This document shows positions 59,268 through 64,000 of a DNA stretch of 64,000 nucleotides, one piece after another. The notes under the pieces are model-generated. The model was given only the letters and a program-made list of their open reading frames with translations. It searched no databases and was not told the origin of the DNA. Positions within the stretch are counted from its first letter, which is position 1. Each line of letters opens with the position of its first letter. This DNA comes from an uncultured Desulfosarcina sp. (GTDB taxonomy: Bacteria > Desulfobacterota > Desulfobacteria > Desulfobacterales > Desulfosarcinaceae): assembly GCA_963674945.2 (NCBI GenBank), contig CAXXWQ010000004.1, positions 1,344,001-1,408,000 of the forward strand, read 5' to 3'. The position numbers were made by a program, and so were the translations under genes.

Positions 59268-59657
59268 ATGATGCGAACCGCAGGAAAGATACTGTTACTA
59301 TGCGCTGCAATCGTCACGACCGGCTGTGCCGCCGTCGTTGTCGGTGCAGGTGCCGGGGCAGGCGTGTATACCTATGTGAAGGGAGAGTTGACACGTTCTT
59401 ACCCCACGGGCTTCGACCAAACCGAATCGGCTGCCCTCGAAAGCCTGGCGTACCTGAAGATGGTCGTCGATGAAAAGGTACAGCAGGAAAGTGGCACGAT
59501 CATCAAGGCGCACATGAAAGACGGTGAGCCGGTAACGGTAAAGATTCGAACGATCCGTAATGACATGACGGAAGTGGCCGTCCGGTGCGGACACGTCGGT
59601 TACTGGAATCGAGAGAATGCCGAACTGATCCATGCCACCATCCTCAACACCATGTGA
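59268..59657 (+). CDS. DUF3568-like lipoprotein
   Basis: Lipobox TTGCAAVVVGAGAGAG followed by YVKGEL; AAGGAG RBS. Confidence 0.8.
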   Translation: MMRTAGKILLLCAAIVTTGCAAVVVGAGAGAGVYTYVKGELTRSYPTGFDQTESAALESLAYLKMVVDEKVQQESGTIIKAHMKDGEPVTVKIRTIRNDMTEVAVRCGHVGYWNRENAELIHATILNTM

Positions 59658-61101
59658 CGCCAAAGATATCGAGACCACGGTCGAAAAGGCACTGACCGAC
59701 CACGCGATGGTAAGCCCTGGAGAACGTGTACTGGTGGGCGTTTCCGGTGGTCCGGATTCCATGGCACTTCTCTTCGTTCTTTATCGTTTACGGTCCCGGT
59801 TTCAAATTCAGATAGGTGTTGCCCATCTAAACCATTGCCTGCGGGGAGAATCTTCTGCCCAGGAGGCGACGTTCGTTCAACAGACGGCGGAGACACTGGC
59901 ACTTCCCTTTCATATGACCTCCGCCCGTGTGGCGAAAGTAAAAAAGAGACTCGGATTGTCCATGGAGGAGGCGGGACGCCTCTTGCGCTATGCCTTTTTC
60001 TCAAAGACCATGATGGACCATGGGTACGATAAACTGGCCCTGGGCCACAATTTGGACGACAACGCAGAACAGGTGCTATTGGCCCTGCTACGGGGAACCG
60101 GACCCCTTGGCCTCTCGGGTATCGCGCCAGCACGCAACAATCGGATGATTCGCCCCCTTTTGCGTGTCCGACGCGCACAAATCGAAGAATATCTCCGTGA
60201 AAAGGGAATTTCCGTCGTCCGGGATGCGTCCAACGAGGACCTCGCATTTCTTCGAAACCGTATCCGGCATCGCCTATTGCCCCTATTGGCCGAAGAATAC
60301 AATCCGCAGATCATCCCCGGGCTAGCCCATCTGGCCGACATCATGCGATGCGAGCAGGAGTGGATCGAATCCATGGTGGAGAAGTCATACGGAACCACCG
60401 TTACCGAGAATCAGGACGGAACCCTTTTGCTATCCGTTCCCCAGTTGCGCCTTGCACACCCTGCCCTGGCCCGCCGACTGGTTCGAATGGCCCTTTCTCG
60501 TCGTGCCGGATCCTTGCGTAAAATTACCTTCACCCACATTCAATCCGTGCTGGATTTAGTGTCCAAGGACATGGGAGAAAAAGGCATCCATCTGCCGCAA
60601 GGCATCCGCGTCCAGCGATCTGGAAATCGACTGGCGTTTTGCAAAACGGACGGACGGAAATCAAAGATGGCGGACGCATGGAATCCAAAGGCCGTTTCGA
60701 CCAGTATCGTTCCCTTTCCGCTGCCCACAACGATGGCCGTTCACCCTTTTGGCATCGGACTGCGGTTTTCCTGCTTTCGGTCCAGTCAATTGCCCTCTTG
60801 GGAACAGGTGGAACCAAACCAGGCCCACCTGGACTGGGCCAAGATATCGTTTCCACTCGTGGTTCGCCCCCCGGCACCCGGTGATCGATTCACGCCATTG
60901 GGCGCCGCGGGCTCTCAAAAGGTAAAGAAATACTTCATCGACCATCGTATCCCCCAAAAAATCCGGCGCTTCATTCCGATCCTTGCCGACCAGCGGCGCA
61001 TCCTTTGGGTGATGGGACAACGCATGGACGATCATTGCAAAATAACAAAAGAGACCGAAATCGTTCTCAGTATTGAATTTTTCTTGCTTGACAGTCGATG
61101 A
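59632..61101 (+). CDS. tilS: tRNA(Ile)-lysidine synthetase
   Basis: VSGGPDSMALL, HLNHCLR, GHNLDDNAE, RNRIRH; tilS-ftsH order; start uncertain. Confidence 0.95.
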   Translation: MPPSSTPCDAKDIETTVEKALTDHAMVSPGERVLVGVSGGPDSMALLFVLYRLRSRFQIQIGVAHLNHCLRGESSAQEATFVQQTAETLALPFHMTSARVAKVKKRLGLSMEEAGRLLRYAFFSKTMMDHGYDKLALGHNLDDNAEQVLLALLRGTGPLGLSGIAPARNNRMIRPLLRVRRAQIEEYLREKGISVVRDASNEDLAFLRNRIRHRLLPLLAEEYNPQIIPGLAHLADIMRCEQEWIESMVEKSYGTTVTENQDGTLLLSVPQLRLAHPALARRLVRMALSRRAGSLRKITFTHIQSVLDLVSKDMGEKGIHLPQGIRVQRSGNRLAFCKTDGRKSKMADAWNPKAVSTSIVPFPLPTTMAVHPFGIGLRFSCFRSSQLPSWEQVEPNQAHLDWAKISFPLVVRPPAPGDRFTPLGAAGSQKVKKYFIDHRIPQKIRRFIPILADQRRILWVMGQRMDDHCKITKETEIVLSIEFFLLDSR

Positions 61102-61172
61102 TGGTTAATATGATCCTTACATAAACAGCAAACCACGTCTCGCGCCAACGTTTCTCGAGGAGGAAATCGCTT

Positions 61173-63128
61173 TTGAATCCTTTTTACAAAAATCTCGCCC
61201 TGTGGCTCGTCATCACGCTGATGATGGTCATGCTGTACAACCTGTTCAACCAGCAGCAACTTTCCCAAAACGACATCAGCTATTCCGAATTCTTGTCCAT
61301 GATCGAAGCCGACCGTGTCGCGGAAGTCACCATTCAGGGACAGGAAATTCGGGTGACCGACATCAACCGAAGCCATTTCAAGATTTACGCACCACAGGAT
61401 CCGGCATTGATCCAACGATTGAAGGACAAGGGCGTCACCATCATCGCCAAGCCGCCTGCCGAATCCCCCTGGTACATGTCGGTGCTCATTTCCTGGTTTC
61501 CCATGATCGTACTTATCGGGGTCTGGATCTTCTTCATGCGCCAGATGCAAAGTGGCGGCGGAAAGGCAATGTCTTTCGGAAAGAGTCGTGCGCGCCTCTT
61601 GTCCGACCAGCAGGAAAAGGTAACCTTCGAGGACGTGGCCGGCATCGATGAGGCCAAGGAGGAATTGGGTGAGATCGTCGACTTTCTTCGGGACCCAAAG
61701 AAATTCACCAGATTGGGCGGACGCATTCCCAAAGGGGTGTTGCTCATGGGTCCGCCGGGGACCGGTAAGACCCTGCTTGCCAGAGCCATCGCAGGGGAAG
61801 CCGGCGTGCCGTTTTTCAGCATCAGCGGATCCGACTTCGTGGAGATGTTCGTCGGTGTGGGCGCCTCCCGGGTTCGGGATCTCTTCGTACAGGGAAAGAA
61901 AAACGCGCCGTGCATCATCTTCATCGACGAAATCGACGCCGTTGGCCGGCATCGGGGCGCCGGTCTCGGCGGCGGCCACGACGAACGGGAACAGACCCTG
62001 AACCAGCTTCTGGTGGAGATGGATGGATTCGAGTCCAACGAAGGAGTGATTCTCATATCCGCAACGAACCGCCCCGACGTTCTGGACCCGGCGCTGCTGC
62101 GTCCCGGACGATTCGATCGACAGGTGGTTGTCTCCCTGCCGGATATCAAGGGGCGGGAAAAGATCCTTCGGGTACACATGAAAAAGACGCCCATCGCATC
62201 GGACGTGGATCCTGTGGTTCTTGCCAAGGGAACCCCCGGCTTTTCCGGAGCCGACCTTGAAAACCTGGTGAACGAGGCAGCACTGCTTGCCGCCAAGCGG
62301 GACAAGGAGCGGCTGGACATGTTGGATTTTGAGGAATCCAAGGACAAGGTTTACATGGGCCTCGAGAGAAAATCCAAGGTAATCAGAGAGGAAGACCGGC
62401 TTACCACCGCATACCACGAGGGCGGACATGCCCTGGTCGCCCGATTCATTCCCGGCACCGATGTGGTAAACAAGATCACCATCATTCCCCGGGGCAGGGC
62501 CGCCGGCGTCACCTGGTTTCTTCCCGATGAGCGGGATTTCCGTTACAAGGACCAGTTGGAAGCCGAACTTGCCATCGCCTTCGGCGGCCGTGTCGCCGAG
62601 GAGATCGTTTTCAATCGCATCAGCACGGGTGCCGCAAATGACATCAAGAAGGCAACGGAACTGGCACAACAGATGATCCGCAGTTGGGGGATGAGCGAAA
62701 CCCTCGGACCGTTGTCCTTTGCCAAGGATGAGGAGCAGGTGTTTCTGGGCCGTGAAATCGCCCAGCACAGGGATTACTCCGAAGAGACGGCAAAGAAAAT
62801 CGATGCGGAAATCAATGATTTGGTCATGCGCGCATACGAGCATGCCAGAACCGTGCTGACCGATCATTTGGACGTCCTTCATGCTCTGTCCAAGGAGCTT
62901 TTGGAGAAGGAGACCATCCTCGGGGCGGAGATGGACGAAATCATCCGCAAGGTTCGGCCGGGCATCGAACTGCCGGAAAAGCCCACCGACAAGGAGGAGG
63001 CCGCAGATCCGGAGACAAATGCGGATGAAACGACCGGCCGCCCGGACACCACCGACGGCAATGATGACGGTTCGTCTCCAGATGATCCGGAGAAACCCTT
63101 CCCGGATGAAGATCCCGACACGCCGTAG
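61173..63128 (+). CDS. ftsH: ATP-dependent zinc metalloprotease FtsH
   Basis: Two TM helices, [20 protein letters not shown]. Confidence 0.98.
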   Translation: MNPFYKNLALWLVITLMMVMLYNLFNQQQLSQNDISYSEFLSMIEADRVAEVTIQGQEIRVTDINRSHFKIYAPQDPALIQRLKDKGVTIIAKPPAESPWYMSVLISWFPMIVLIGVWIFFMRQMQSGGGKAMSFGKSRARLLSDQQEKVTFEDVAGIDEAKEELGEIVDFLRDPKKFTRLGGRIPKGVLLMGPPGTGKTLLARAIAGEAGVPFFSISGSDFVEMFVGVGASRVRDLFVQGKKNAPCIIFIDEIDAVGRHRGAGLGGGHDEREQTLNQLLVEMDGFESNEGVILISATNRPDVLDPALLRPGRFDRQVVVSLPDIKGREKILRVHMKKTPIASDVDPVVLAKGTPGFSGADLENLVNEAALLAAKRDKERLDMLDFEESKDKVYMGLERKSKVIREEDRLTTAYHEGGHALVARFIPGTDVVNKITIIPRGRAAGVTWFLPDERDFRYKDQLEAELAIAFGGRVAEEIVFNRISTGAANDIKKATELAQQMIRSWGMSETLGPLSFAKDEEQVFLGREIAQHRDYSEETAKKIDAEINDLVMRAYEHARTVLTDHLDVLHALSKELLEKETILGAEMDEIIRKVRPGIELPEKPTDKEEAADPETNADETTGRPDTTDGNDDGSSPDDPEKPFPDEDPDTP

Positions 63129-63170
63129 TTCTTCCATCACAACCCATTGCACCGTCACCGGGAAATGTAA

Positions 63171-64000
63171 ATGAGCATTGCATCGCAAACGATTACCCTG
63201 ACGTGCGGCCCGTATATACTGACCTTGGGCCAAGGCACCCGAATTATGGGAATCGTCAACGTCACACCCGACTCCTTTTCCGACGGTGGCCACTTTTTCA
63301 CCACCCATCGGGCCGTGGACCAGGCCATGCGGTTGGTGGAAGAAGGCGCTGACATCCTGGATATCGGCGGTGAATCCACCCGTCCCTTTTCCGATCCGGT
63401 GGATGAGTCCGAAGAGATGGATCGCGTCCTTCCCGTCATCGAAGCGGTGGCAACACGCGTAACAATTCCCATTTCCATCGATACGACCAAGGCATCGGTG
63501 GCAAAAAAGGCGGTCGCCGCCGGAGCGACCATCATTAACGACGTAAGTGCCCTCCGAATGGATCCCAAAATGGCCGAAACAGCCGCCGAATGCAGGGTGC
63601 CCCTGATTCTCATGCACATGAAAGGATCTCCCAAGACCATGCAGGTGGCACCCGTTTACGATGACCTCATCGGTGAAATCTCGGCATTTTTCGCCACGGC
63701 CATGGATCGTGCCGTCGGGGCCGGTGTGGATCGCACCAGCATCATCCTGGATCCGGGCATCGGATTCGGCAAAACCATTGGCCACAACCTGACGATCCTT
63801 CGAGACCTCGAACAATTCTCGAAATTGGGGGCACCCCTCCTCGTCGGGCCGTCGCGGAAGATGTTCATTCGACAATTGCTGAAGCATCCAGAGGGAAAAG
63901 ACATGGATCCGCTCTCATTGGAAGTCGCAAGGGGAACCCAGGCCGCCATTGCTGCGGCTGCCATGAATGGGGCTCACATCGTCCGCGTGCACGACGTGGC
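63171..64000 (+). CDS. folP: Dihydropteroate synthase (runs off the window end; absent from the ORF track)
   Basis: Manual translation from ATG 63171 gives ...IMGIVNVTPDSFSDGG..., DIGGESTRP, DPGIGFGK; follows ftsH. Confidence 0.95.
   Translation, partial: MSIASQTITLTCGPYILTLGQGTRIMGIVNVTPDSFSDGGHFFTTHRAVDQAMRLVEEGADILDIGGESTRPFSDPVDESEEMDRVLPVIEAVATRVTIPISIDTTKASVAKKAVAAGATIINDVSALRMDPKMAETAAECRVPLILMHMKGSPKTMQVAPVYDDLIGEISAFFATAMDRAVGAGVDRTSIILDPGIGFGKTIGHNLTILRDLEQFSKLGAPLLVGPSRKMFIRQLLKHPEGKDMDPLSLEVARGTQAAIAAAAMNGAHIVRVHDV

Noticed and set aside
61032..63887. 951-aa minus-strand ORF
   Set aside because: Antisense shadow of ftsH and folP; strong codon bias leaves the opposite frame open, and the protein has no recognisable motifs.

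Overview
This window comes from a GC-rich bacterial chromosome. Gene content and order suggest a sulfate-reducing Desulfobacterota (Desulfobacterales-like) host, which is an inference. Bases 1 to about 6400 are visibly more AT-rich and form the right-hand part of an integrated phage-satellite-like element, immediately downstream of a pgsA-tRNA-Gly-tRNA-Cys unit. All its genes are on the minus strand: a MerR-like regulator, small ORFs, two HTH_17/AlpA-like proteins, a lambda-like cos site directly in front of a Nu1-like small terminase, a primase-less D5/SF3 helicase followed by an iteron-type origin, and late genes resembling stand-alone capsid-scaffold fragments that share a 35-aa motif present three times. 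No integrase, capsid, TerL or tail gene is present, so the element must continue left of the window. The rest is mostly core genome: fsa/tal, folK, dapF, argHGDB, hslUV, xerC, nfeD-SPFH, udg, coaBC, ftsB, murJ, rpsT, lptE, leuS, rne/rng, yajC-secDF, dprA, topA, tex, dtd, rluA-family, carD, hppA, pth-rplY-prs-tRNA-Gln-ispE, serA, an acyl-CoA ligase, grpE-dnaK, a large Alu-containing SRP RNA, and tilS-ftsH-folP. An IS1380-family element sits just before the last sense codon of leuS. Several families of small palindromic repeats occupy gene junctions, including heptamer-armed elements whose flanks show a strand-asymmetric codon footprint. No CRISPR array was seen.
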